DNA of 64,000 nucleotides from a virus: IMG/VR virus record IMGVR_UViG_3300045125_000127; one strand, 5' to 3'. Shown piece by piece: positions 1 to 7,714 of this stretch (position 1 is its first letter; each line of letters starts with the position of its first letter). The notes under the pieces were generated by a model. It saw only the letters and a program-made list of their open reading frames with translations, ran no database searches and was not told where the DNA came from. The position numbers and the translations under genes were made by a program.

Positions 1-96
1 CACTCATTGAAGGTGCAGAGGGTAAAGACGACTCCGGCCACCGGCAAGAGCCGAGTTCGGGAGCGTCCGTGAGTGGGGTTCGAGCGGGACATTGCT

Positions 97-167
97 GCCT
101 CCGTAGTTCAGTGGTAGAATATTATCTTGGTAAGATAGTGGCGTGAGTTCGATTCTCACCGGAGGCT
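97..167 (+). tRNA. tRNA-Thr(GGT)
   Basis: Cloverleaf: acceptor GCCTCCG/CGGAGGC, D-arm GTTC-AGTGGTA-GAAT, anticodon arm TTATC-TTGGTAA-GATAG, T-arm GTGAG-TTCGATT-CTCAC; no encoded CCA. Confidence 0.93.
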
Positions 168-170
168 CTT

Positions 171-419
171 GTGTCGGTTACGAAGAACAAATGTGTTCGC
201 TGTGACTGGTGCGGCAAATTGAGTCGTCACAATTTGGGAGAATACGAAAAGCCCGACGGTTCGGCCGGATACATTCACTCTCCCGATTGGGAAAGAAACC
301 CGGACGGCAGTTACAAGCCGGGCTGTGGTCATAAGGACATATGCGAGGAATGCGAAGCGAATGAGACGCAAAAGCTTGAAAGAGAACCTCAAGTCCCTGA
401 CGCCGGAGCAAATCACTGA
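171..419 (+). CDS. hypothetical protein with CxxC motifs
   Basis: 82-aa ORF directly after tRNA, CDWC and CEEC motifs. Confidence 0.6.
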   Translation: MSVTKNKCVRCDWCGKLSRHNLGEYEKPDGSAGYIHSPDWERNPDGSYKPGCGHKDICEECEANETQKLEREPQVPDAGANH

Positions 420-547
420 AGCTTTGAAGAAAGCGGCCGAAAAAGCAAAAAGCGTCGTTGGCAACAGACCTATTACTAGCACTGTTGACTTGGGTCTGGG
501 TGATCTCGATTCAGCAACCACCGTTGTGGAACATTCGGAGGCGACGT

Positions 548-992
548 ATGCCGAAGCCAGATCACACGCTTTACGGTGACATCGGGCAGTATCTCGGCAT
601 GTACGAGAACATCAAGTTCTTGTCCGACTTCCCCGATGTCAGGTCTGCCACCGTGGACTTCTTCGAGGACGAAGAAGACATGACGCTGGATTACGCCGAG
701 TCGATGCGGGAGCGGGGGCTGAATGCTCTCCGTCAACTTGTTGCGAATCACGTCCCGGCCGACCGGGTCGGCGAGGCTTACGATTACGTTGTGGGGAAGT
801 ACGATGCAGACTGGCGGCGATTTGTCCTCGATAAAGAAGAGGGAATAGTTTCTGATTACGAGAGTTATCTCTGGCGGGGAACCGGGCCGAAGCCGTATTT
901 CATGGGCCTGATCTGAAGAATATCTGAAGCGTAAACCCAAGAAGTACCGCAGTATTGACGACCCCGGAAGCTACATAGAAGACGATGTATAA
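548..992 (+). CDS. hypothetical protein ending in KKYRSIDD tag (frameshift near 915)
   Basis: ORF MPKPDHTLYG...; after one frameshift continues EEYLKRKPKKYRSIDDPGSYIEDDV* (stop 990-992). Confidence 0.65.
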
Positions 993-1082
993 CTACTGCA
1001 ACAGTGCGAAGTGTCTTCCTTTTTGGACGGTCGCTGTTTCGGTCGGACTTCCCGCCATTTTGTTGATTTTTTTGGTTACTTT

Positions 1083-1089
1083 CTAAATA
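1083..1089 (+). promoter_or_regulatory. T4-like late promoter (CTAAATA)
   Basis: CTAAATA 5 nt before the ATG of the MKKFNEW gene; same or similar motif before other MxxFxEW genes (minus 45572-45578, minus 48495-48501, ATAGATA at 29630 and minus 14608). Confidence 0.6.
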
Positions 1090-1094
1090 ACCTC

Positions 1095-1424
1095 ATGAAG
1101 AAGTTCAACGAATGGGTGAAAATCCGTGAAGGTAGCCCCGATCAAACTCTGCGTGGTCCCGTTGAACCGGGCGACCCCAACGATCCGCACTACCAGTGGT
1201 TCCTCAAGATGAAGCAACAAGCCGCTTCATCGCCACTTCAGAAGCCAGTTTCCAAGCCAGTCGATAAACCGGCTTCGCCTATTACGCCGGAAATCGACGC
1301 CAATCCGACCCAAATGTTTAGTGCCGATGATATGATTCAAGCGTATCACTCCGAAACCGATCCCCAAGTCAAGCAGTACATTTTGAGAAAAATCAGACAA
1401 TCTCACCCTGATTTCCGGGGCTAA
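1095..1424 (+). CDS. putative internal head protein (capsid-targeting-like N-terminus)
   Basis: Starts MKKFNEWVKIRE, like T4 internal-protein CTS (MKTYQEFIAE type); late-promoter motif upstream. Confidence 0.55.
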   Translation: MKKFNEWVKIREGSPDQTLRGPVEPGDPNDPHYQWFLKMKQQAASSPLQKPVSKPVDKPASPITPEIDANPTQMFSADDMIQAYHSETDPQVKQYILRKIRQSHPDFRG

Positions 1425-1469
1425 GTTGCTGCTTTACAACCGCTAGAAAGCGTGGTAGAATCTGCTACC

Positions 1470-1958
1470 ATGCCGCAACAACTTTTCATTCCGTCGTTAG
1501 GATCGCTGATCGTCCTCACTGAACCGTGGACTTTCAGCCTGTTTTTCGAGAGCCGCAACAAGACCATGCTTCAGGCTTTGTGCCCGAACAAGCGGCCGGA
1601 AACTGACGAGTGGAAGGACAAGAAGAAGTGGCGTTGGCGTGATTGGGGCGAAGACGCCGAACATCATGAAGGCAGCGAACTTCTCCGGTATCTCGATCCG
1701 ATGGACGAGAAGGAGTTGTTGGACGCCGAATCCAGTTTTCGGGCAACCCGTCGCAACCGACAGCCTTATCTGGAAGTAACTCTTCCGGCCGGACAGCAGT
1801 TGGCTTTCGCTCGGATTTACATTCGACAGGGCGGCACTGCTTTTAACTCGGTTACTTTTCGCACAACCAAAAGTGGTCCCGACAAGCTGTTCCACTCGAA
1901 GCGGTTTTGGGTGAAACTTCAGGACGCCAACAAGATTGTTTGTAACATCCTTGGGTGA
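1470..1958 (+). CDS. hypothetical protein
   Basis: Clean 162-aa ORF. Confidence 0.6.
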   Translation: MPQQLFIPSLGSLIVLTEPWTFSLFFESRNKTMLQALCPNKRPETDEWKDKKKWRWRDWGEDAEHHEGSELLRYLDPMDEKELLDAESSFRATRRNRQPYLEVTLPAGQQLAFARIYIRQGGTAFNSVTFRTTKSGPDKLFHSKRFWVKLQDANKIVCNILG

Positions 1959-1961
1959 AAA

Positions 1962-2276
1962 ATGGACGGCAACAACGGTGGCAGTTGGTTTTTGGCTCTG
2001 ATCGCTCTTGCAGTTTTGCTGTTGGTTTCTGGTTGCACGCCGCAACCTGCCCCGCCCGGCAAGCCTACAGAGATTGAAGTGGTTACGCCGCCTCTCATTG
2101 AACAGCTGCCGATGCCGAGAGAGAAGAAGTCGGAAGGCGATGCCGGGACTTGCTGTTGTCCGTATTGCTCTTGCACTCAGACCGGGCCAGTGCCGGGTCA
2201 GCCGTGCGTCTGCGACAAAAGCGTTGCGAGATGTACAAGTGCAAGTGCTTTGTGGAAAGAAAAGAAAAAGGAATAA
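1962..2276 (+). CDS. Cys-rich putative lipoprotein
   Basis: Hydrophobic signal ending LVSGC (lipobox-like), then CCCPYCSC...CVC. Confidence 0.5.
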   Translation: MDGNNGGSWFLALIALAVLLLVSGCTPQPAPPGKPTEIEVVTPPLIEQLPMPREKKSEGDAGTCCCPYCSCTQTGPVPGQPCVCDKSVARCTSASALWKEKKKE

Positions 2277-2291
2277 CAAGGTGGACTCGTT

Positions 2292-2510
2292 GTGAAAACG
2301 TCAACCCTCGACTTGGCGAAGTTCATGGACAGAACTGCCGTCAGTGAGTTTTTCCGAATCCTACATGAACACAAGGACGAAAACAACACCGTTTTAATTG
2401 ATTTGGGCGGTGGTCGTGGTGTAGTCCGGTGTGTTCTTAATCCTGATTGCAACTTACTGCGGACGATTGATTCTCCGTGGGACAAGAGCGAGAACCCAGA
2501 AAATGGATGA
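2292..2510 (+). CDS. small protein with RTIDSPW tag variant
   Basis: 72-aa ORF ending LLRTIDSPWDKSENPENG*. Confidence 0.55.
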   Translation: MKTSTLDLAKFMDRTAVSEFFRILHEHKDENNTVLIDLGGGRGVVRCVLNPDCNLLRTIDSPWDKSENPENG

Positions 2511-3152
2511 AGGAACCGCTTTGGCGTATCGCATTTTCCCGCAATTGGCGGGAACCAGGTGGCGACACGTCGATCTAAACGATGTCGCTACCGACCTTGG
2601 CAGGTTACTCGGCCCGATGCTGGAACAAGATCAGAATCCGTTCCTTGTTCCTGACGTGATGGACGAGTGGATGCACTTCCTTCACAAAGTCATGGGTGTA
2701 GATTACACCTATGGTGGCTGGTTGGAAGATCGGGCGGTGTTGTGGGCCGGACACTATCACAAGCCGGGCGAAACGGTTCACTTGGGTGTCGATTTCAACG
2801 TGGAAGCGGGTCAAGACGTTCACATGCCGGTCGGTGGCATTCTGGTTCACGCCGAGAACGATGGGGATCAGGACGGCGGTTGGGGCGGCAAGGTGATTTT
2901 CAAGTGCGAGGGGAAAGAGGAACCCTTCTATTTGATTTTCGGTCACTTGAAAAATTTCGTGACCGATATCGGCGGGATTTATCCGCCGGGGTCGAAGATC
3001 GGCGTTGTGGCCGAGTCCGATAAGAACGGCGGATGGGGCGAACACACTGCACGTTCAGTGTTGCAAAAGAGTTCGAGCCGGGCGTGGACGGTTATGCGGT
3101 TGGGTTGAAAAATACCGGAATGAGGTTTCCCAACCCGTTGAAAATGCTATGA
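2503..3152 (+). CDS. M23-family metallopeptidase (frameshift near 3040)
   Basis: HLGVDF, GGWGGKVI, LIFGHL and, after frameshift, LHVQ: M23/LytM zinc motifs. Confidence 0.8.
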
Positions 3153-3156
3153 TACA

Positions 3157-3234
3157 CGGGAAGCGACAGCTTGAGTAACTGTCGTGAAGCCGATAGGGAC
3201 CGGCGTGTTCAAAGTACACGAACCACGGAACCTC
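3157..3234 (+). ncRNA. small three-hairpin intergenic structure
   Basis: CGACAG/CTGTCG, GCCG/CGGC, CGTGT/ACACG stems back to back between M23 stop and tRNA-Thr. Confidence 0.35.
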
Positions 3235-3250
3235 AAACCCCATCGGCCCT

Positions 3251-3321
3251 GCCTCGTTGGTCTAGTGGTATGACGCTACTCTCGTAAAGTAGAAGCGTGG
3301 GTTCGATTCCCACACGAGGCT
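3251..3321 (+). tRNA. tRNA-Thr(CGT)
   Basis: GCCTCGT/ACGAGGC acceptor, anticodon arm CTACT-CTCGTAA-AGTAG, T-arm GTGGG-TTCGATT-CCCAC. Confidence 0.93.
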
Positions 3322-3322
3322 C

Positions 3323-3474
3323 TGTCTGATTGGTAAGGGTGACGTTTCTGCTATCATGGTGTAAAGCATACCGGCCATTAAGCCGGAGGAACGGTGGACG
3401 ACCACGGCGACCGTAGCTTCGGGTTCGTGGCGTAGTAGACCGATGCAGACCAAGCTTGACGCGCCAGTCAGACA
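3323..3474 (+). ncRNA. candidate structured ncRNA with paired 5'/3' ends
   Basis: 11-bp terminal stem TGTCTGATTGG/CCAGTCAGACA enclosing CGTT/AACG junction with TGCT/AGCA and CCGGC/GCCGG hairpins and CCACG/CGTGG arm. Confidence 0.55.
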
Positions 3475-3522
3475 ACATATCTCTAATTCGTGGCTTGACG
3501 GCTCAACGAAAGGAGAATAAAA

Positions 3523-3720
3523 ATGCGACAGAATAAGTACGACGAAACGATGTCCAAGCGGCGGAAGGGCTATCCGAGCGAAACGCAAGTGAAGCGAGGG
3601 ATCGCATCGTTCACGGGTGCAAGCACCTGCAAGAAAAATTGGGTCAGCAACGACCCGTGCCCGTGCGGGAGCAGCAAGTCCTTTCAAGAGGTGCTGCATA
3701 GAATACGGGCCGGTTACTGA
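3523..3720 (+). CDS. SEC-C metal-binding motif protein
   Basis: MSKRRKGYPSETQVKRG...NDPCPCGS (frameshifted SEC-C motif); strong RBS AAGGAG. Confidence 0.75.
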   Translation: MRQNKYDETMSKRRKGYPSETQVKRGIASFTGASTCKKNWVSNDPCPCGSSKSFQEVLHRIRAGY

Positions 3721-3785
3721 TGGCGTGAACCGCCACCACTACGAACGGTAATTTCATGGAAAAATATGGGAAGCGAAGCCGGAGA

Positions 3786-4092
3786 CAGTCCTTTGCCTAA
3801 TTTTTTGGCAAAAAGGACTGCATAACCTCGGAAATACTCAAAATCAGTTCAGTAGAAACTGTTTTGAGGGCCGCACTCTTGGCTACCGCATTGCGAGTTC
3901 AAGGGCGTTTCGAGTTAGCACAATCGCCTAATCAGCGATTGTAACTGGCGACGGTTGTCCCGGCAGGTAAGCCGTGAGCGGGGTTTCACTTAGAATAGCC
4001 GAAATAAGGCCCACCAAAGAAGGTGGGCACGAATAAGGCGAATAGTAGTGAAGATACCGTATACCGACCCCGGCGTGTTCTGAAACGCCGGG
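3786..4092 (+). ncRNA. candidate large ornate ncRNA (~300 nt or more)
   Basis: No ORF of 60 aa or more in 3720-4200; at least 8 stems incl. CAGTCCTTTGCC/GGC..AAAGGACTG, CTCAAAA-CAGTT/AACTGTTTTGAG, ACAATCGC/GCGATTGT, GCCCACC/GGTGGGC, CCCGGCGT/ACGCCGGG. Confidence 0.65.
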
Positions 4093-4096
4093 ATTT

Positions 4097-4167
4097 GCCC
4101 TGTGGGTGTGATGGCAGCACAGGACTCTTCTAAGGTCTTAGATCGGGTTCGATTCCTGAACAGGGTA
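4097..4167 (+). tRNA. tRNA-Arg(TCT)
   Basis: GCCCTGT/ACAGGGT acceptor, anticodon loop CTTCTAA, T-arm TCGGG-TTCGATT-CCTGA. Confidence 0.9.
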
Positions 4168-4201
4168 CTGAAAAGTTTTCAGGTGCTTACTATAATTTGG
4201 T

Positions 4202-4546
4202 ATGCACATCAAAAAGAAAAAAGGCGACATCGGTGTTGCCTGCGTAATTGCGAAACTCACCGAGTTGGATTGGAACGTTGAGATTCCAATAACTGAACAT
4301 GCTCCGTATGATTTGTTCGCCGAGAAAAATGGTGAATTACATACGATTCAAGTCCGTTATTGTTCTCCCAAAAGTGACAATCACGTTGAGGTAAAACTGT
4401 CGAACAGTTGGGCCGATAGGCATGGTTGTCATGTGCGGACGAGAGTGGCCGGTGAGTTTACTGTTTTGGCTGTATACGTTCCGAAACACGGCATTTATTT
4501 CATCAAAGATGCTGAGTTAGGGGAAAACAAACGTACTTTCCTCTGA
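4202..4546 (+). CDS. PD-(D/E)XK endonuclease (group I intron/tRNA-associated homing type)
   Basis: KGDIGV...PYDL...IQVR pattern of I-Ssp6803I-like family, directly downstream of tRNA-Arg. Confidence 0.75.
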   Translation: MHIKKKKGDIGVACVIAKLTELDWNVEIPITEHAPYDLFAEKNGELHTIQVRYCSPKSDNHVEVKLSNSWADRHGCHVRTRVAGEFTVLAVYVPKHGIYFIKDAELGENKRTFL

Positions 4547-4623
4547 GATTCAAAGAGGTGGTTGGTCAACCGGCTCGACTGGCTTCCAACTATGAGACTC
4601 TTTGAAGTTGGGAAGAATGAAAC

Positions 4624-4893
4624 GTGGAAGAAGACGATAATAACAGCGATGGGAACAAGCCCGATGCCGCCGAAGTCGAGCTGCCGAGCCGCCCGATTTA
4701 CCCGATCAAAGCAAAAGCTTTGACGGAAGAACTGGCCGGAATGGTCAGCGAAGAACGCTTGCGTGAAATTATTGACAACCTGTTGAAGACGGTTGATGTC
4801 TACAACGATCCGTACAACCCGGATTTGTATTGGGACGAGTGGACCGGGAAGAACGTGAATGTGTTTGCGCCACACTTACGACCGCCATTTTGA
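4624..4893 (+). CDS. hypothetical protein
   Basis: ORF; true start probably ATG 4592 with a frameshift. Confidence 0.5.
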   Translation: MEEDDNNSDGNKPDAAEVELPSRPIYPIKAKALTEELAGMVSEERLREIIDNLLKTVDVYNDPYNPDLYWDEWTGKNVNVFAPHLRPPF

Positions 4894-4903
4894 CGGCTAC
4901 GAT

Positions 4904-5330
4904 ATGAACGAACACGTCGGCTGCAAATACTGTAGCTGCCGTGAATTTGTGGAGCAGCCCAAATGAGAATCATGCCCGCACCGGCCAAGATGTACAAATA
5001 CGTCGGCGGTCAGATCGAGGTGCAAGCTGGCGACGATGGAAAGGATTTCCCGCTACTCAGCGTGGGCAAATTAAAGCCCTCAGTTTTTCTGACACCGTTA
5101 TGACTGTAGAATGTAGAGTACGTCTGCAAGGTGGAAAAGAACAAGGGTTTGTGCCCGCCGAAAACAAGCCGTTTGTGGTTGATCTGATGGCCGTGGGTGC
5201 CAGCGACATCGGGCAGAATCGGATCGCAATGTTGAACGCTAATGGGGAATTATGGGTATTTTACCCCGACACTCACCCGAAGCGGATTCTTGCAGACGGG
5301 TCCGCAAGCTGCGGGGATGACGACCAATGA
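4904..5330 (+). CDS. hypothetical protein (frameshifted)
   Basis: MNEHVGCKYC start joined to ORF 4941-5330. Confidence 0.45.
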
Positions 5331-5392
5331 GTTGGGAACCGATTACGCTCGTGGCTTTTGTGGTGAAGGCCTGAGAGTTCTGAGTAACCAAC

Positions 5393-5462
5393 GCCTGCGG
5401 TGTGTCAGCATGCATACCTCTTTCCTAAAGAGTTGGGCTAGGTGCAATTCCTAGTGGGGGTA
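5393..5462 (+). tRNA. degenerate tRNA-Arg(CCT)
   Basis: T-arm CTAGG-TGCAATT-CCTAG and anticodon arm CTCT-TTCCTAA-AGAG intact; acceptor stem poorly paired. Confidence 0.55.
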
Positions 5463-5466
5463 CTTT

Positions 5467-5774
5467 ATGCCGAAGTTCAAGTGCGGTGATATTGTCGAGA
5501 TAATCAAAACGGGTGTCATCGGGATTACGGCTTGCGCGGCAAGGTGCTGGGCAGGCCGGTACATCAAAAGAAGACGGTCGCTTGGGCCGGTAGTTTGGGC
5601 GAAATAGAGTTGGTGCGGGTTGGGCGCCCGCATCTCACGACATGGACATGGAAGTCGATTACAGCGAGGATCTGTGTCAAAAAGATCAGTTGTCGCTCAA
5701 TAGACGAGGGGTGGGACGATGGAGCCGAATGTACACAGTCCAGTGGATCCGGATGCTCCACCTGTTCCACCTGA
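5467..5774 (+). CDS. hypothetical protein with CRSIDEGWDD tag variant (frameshifted)
   Basis: MPKFKCGDIVEII start; KKISCRSIDEGWDD at 5679-5720. Confidence 0.45.
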
Positions 5775-6445
5775 TGTCCAACGATGCGATGTTGATGCAC
5801 TTGAACCACACGAATCACGAACGCCAGTGACCGCTCGACGGTGTACTGACATTTGGCTCGATCACGTTCAGATGTCGGAAGAAAACTTCGCCGCCGAATT
5901 CGTCAAGCGGCGTGACAAATACGAGCGAGTATTCAAACGCGTCGATTTCCTGATAAGTTGGCCGAAGTGACCGGGGACGAGGTTGTGGAGCATCCGGTCA
6001 AAGAGTTGGTTTTTTACGCCGAGGAACACGCAACACGAGCGTTCCCGATGTTGGAGAAGCGGCGTGTCGCTGCGATTGACGAAGGCACGGTAATCACCGA
6101 AAACCACGGGATACGAGTGAAACTTCTAGGCACGCCCGGCGACCAGATTTGCGCGCAGGAAAAAATTCGTCGGCTTCAGGACATTTCCGACCGCATGGTG
6201 GCGGCACGATGAAAGAGACGCCCACCACGCCGGAAGCGGCTGTGAAGCATTTTGAAAACATGACGGCTCTGCATCAGGAAGAACAGGAACTCGGACCGCC
6301 GGTATCCGAGTCTCCCACCGGAGGAGAGACAATGGACGACGAAACTGAAGTCGTTTTTTTCAAGTTTGGTATTGGGAACACATCAAAGTCGGCTTACAGC
6401 TTCGGCGGGTACATTCACCACAAAGCTGGACGCAACGAGGTGTAA
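5719..6445 (+). CDS. three small overlapping hypothetical ORFs (5719-5970, 5958-6212, 6209-6445)
   Basis: Start/stop-overlapping ORF chain typical of phage operons. Confidence 0.5.
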
Positions 6446-6573
6446 ACGGTCAGTCCTTTTGGAAGACCGAGTGGCGGATGTGCAAGTCGTTGTTTATTGT
6501 GGCGATGTTGCCCCAATTATTTATTCTGTTGCTGGGCCTTGCCGCCGTCGGTTTTTTTGTTCTGATTCAATAA

Positions 6574-6681
6574 GGGCGGGTAGCTCAATGGTAGAGCAGC
6601 AGCGACTCCGGGCGGTCCGACAGTAACCGGGGATTGCGGATAGCTAAGTTAGTAAGTTGGTTCGATTCCAGACCTCGCCCA
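6574..6681 (+). ncRNA. tRNA-like RNA with anticodon arm replaced by a ~50-nt stem-loop
   Basis: Acceptor GGGCGGG/CTCGCCC+A, canonical D-arm GCTC-AATGGTA-GAGC, T-loop TTCGATT; extended arm CTCCGG/CCGGGG with loop GCGGTCCGACAGTAA; no 7-nt anticodon loop. Confidence 0.75.
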
Positions 6682-7022
6682 CTTACATACCGGGATCGAC
6701 TTTGACGAAGCTTTTGTCGATGTCGCCTTAGGTGCAAAGCGCTGCGTTCACCGTCTTCCCCGGTGAGCGGGTAGTCGGGTAGCCCGGAGGTCATTCCGAT
6801 GAATTTGACCGTATACTTTTTGCCGGTCGCCTTGTCCTGGCACGACGGAACCGGATTTATAGTTCACGGTGTCCTTTTGGGCCGGTACATGGCAGTTCAT
6901 GGAGACGGCGTGGACCATAATCCCCTGGAGAAGCCTTCATTTTTGGTTTTTTTGGCGAGCCAGTTGTGAAAAGTTTCCATAGGAATTGTGTAGGAAAATG
7001 GGTTTGAAAATAATTGAAAAAT

Positions 7023-7127
7023 GGGACCGTGGTGGTGTGGGGAAGGTAAGCACACGAGACTTATAATCTCGGCCGAAAGGTGGGATCAGATGAATCCCAA
7101 GTGAAGGTTCAAGTCCTTCCGGTCCTA
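7023..7127 (+). tRNA. atypical tRNA-Ile(TAT) with 31-nt two-hairpin variable region
   Basis: GGGACCG/CGGTCCT+A, anticodon arm CGAGA-CTTATAA-TCTCG, T-arm GAAGG-TTCAAGT-CCTTC; extra GCC-GAAA-GGT and TGGGAT/ATCCCA hairpins; enlarged D region. Confidence 0.8.
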
Positions 7128-7534
7128 CTTAAAATGGCAATATTGCGGCTAAAACATCCTGTCACGAAAAGTTCCAACGAGTGGCAGTGCAGGCGAAGCC
7201 AGTTTTCAAGCCGGTGTTCAGCATGGGGGCCGCGAAATCAGCGGAACCGTAGCCGAAGTCATAAGGACTTCTTCAAAAGGCACCACCCGATAAGGAATGC
7301 GTTGCGTCTGTAAACTTCGGTCTGACGAAGAGTACAAACGGCGTAATCCGAATTGGGCGGGCGCAAACCACGGTCCCCGTAAATGCCCGCCACTTTAGCG
7401 TAACCGGCATTACCGAGCGCACCGCATTGTGGCGATTGCCCCTGAGCGACAAGTATGGAATTGTAGCGTAGCGCTGAAACCGGGCGTCGATTTACAAACG
7501 ATTTCTCACCGGGCCGCTTTCCTCGCCAGTGTGA

Positions 7535-7714
7535 TTAATCGACGCCGATGGCAATGCTGAAAAATCGCTCGGTCGGTGCACGCACCGCCGCAAAATACCG
7601 AAGCCAGAAATTCTCAGAAAATACAGGAGTATTGACGATGCCCCTCGGAAAAAGAAGCAGAAAGAGCAGTTGAAGACAAATGAGAAGCGGTGGATGTCTG
7701 CCCCGTTTCTGTAG
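7535..7714 (+). CDS. 3' part of a protein with RKYRSIDD tag (5' end lost to frameshift)
   Basis: Reads IDADGNAEKSLGRCTHRRKIPKPEILRKYRSIDDAPRKKKQ...APFL*. Confidence 0.5.
   Translation, partial: LIDADGNAEKSLGRCTHRRKIPKPEILRKYRSIDDAPRKKKQKEQLKTNEKRWMSAPFL

Noticed and set aside
3722-3790. GGGAAG...AGCCGGAGAC resembling the 3' half of a cobalamin riboswitch
   Set aside because: The 5' conserved elements (GGGAA-GGTG-AA-TCC, ACTG) are missing and no B12-related gene follows
3120-4100. tmRNA, RNase P RNA, SRP RNA, hammerhead, or group I/II intron in the RNA island
   Set aside because: None of their conserved cores (GATTCGAC/tag ORF, GAGGAAAGTCC, GGAAGCAGC loop, CTGATGA..GAAA, P7 or domain V) could be found by eye
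7130-7530. Possible second large structured RNA after tRNA-Ile
   Set aside because: Stems are short (5-7 bp) and the region reads as protein-like in shifting frames leading into the RSIDD-tagged ORF at 7535; more likely a frameshifted CDS
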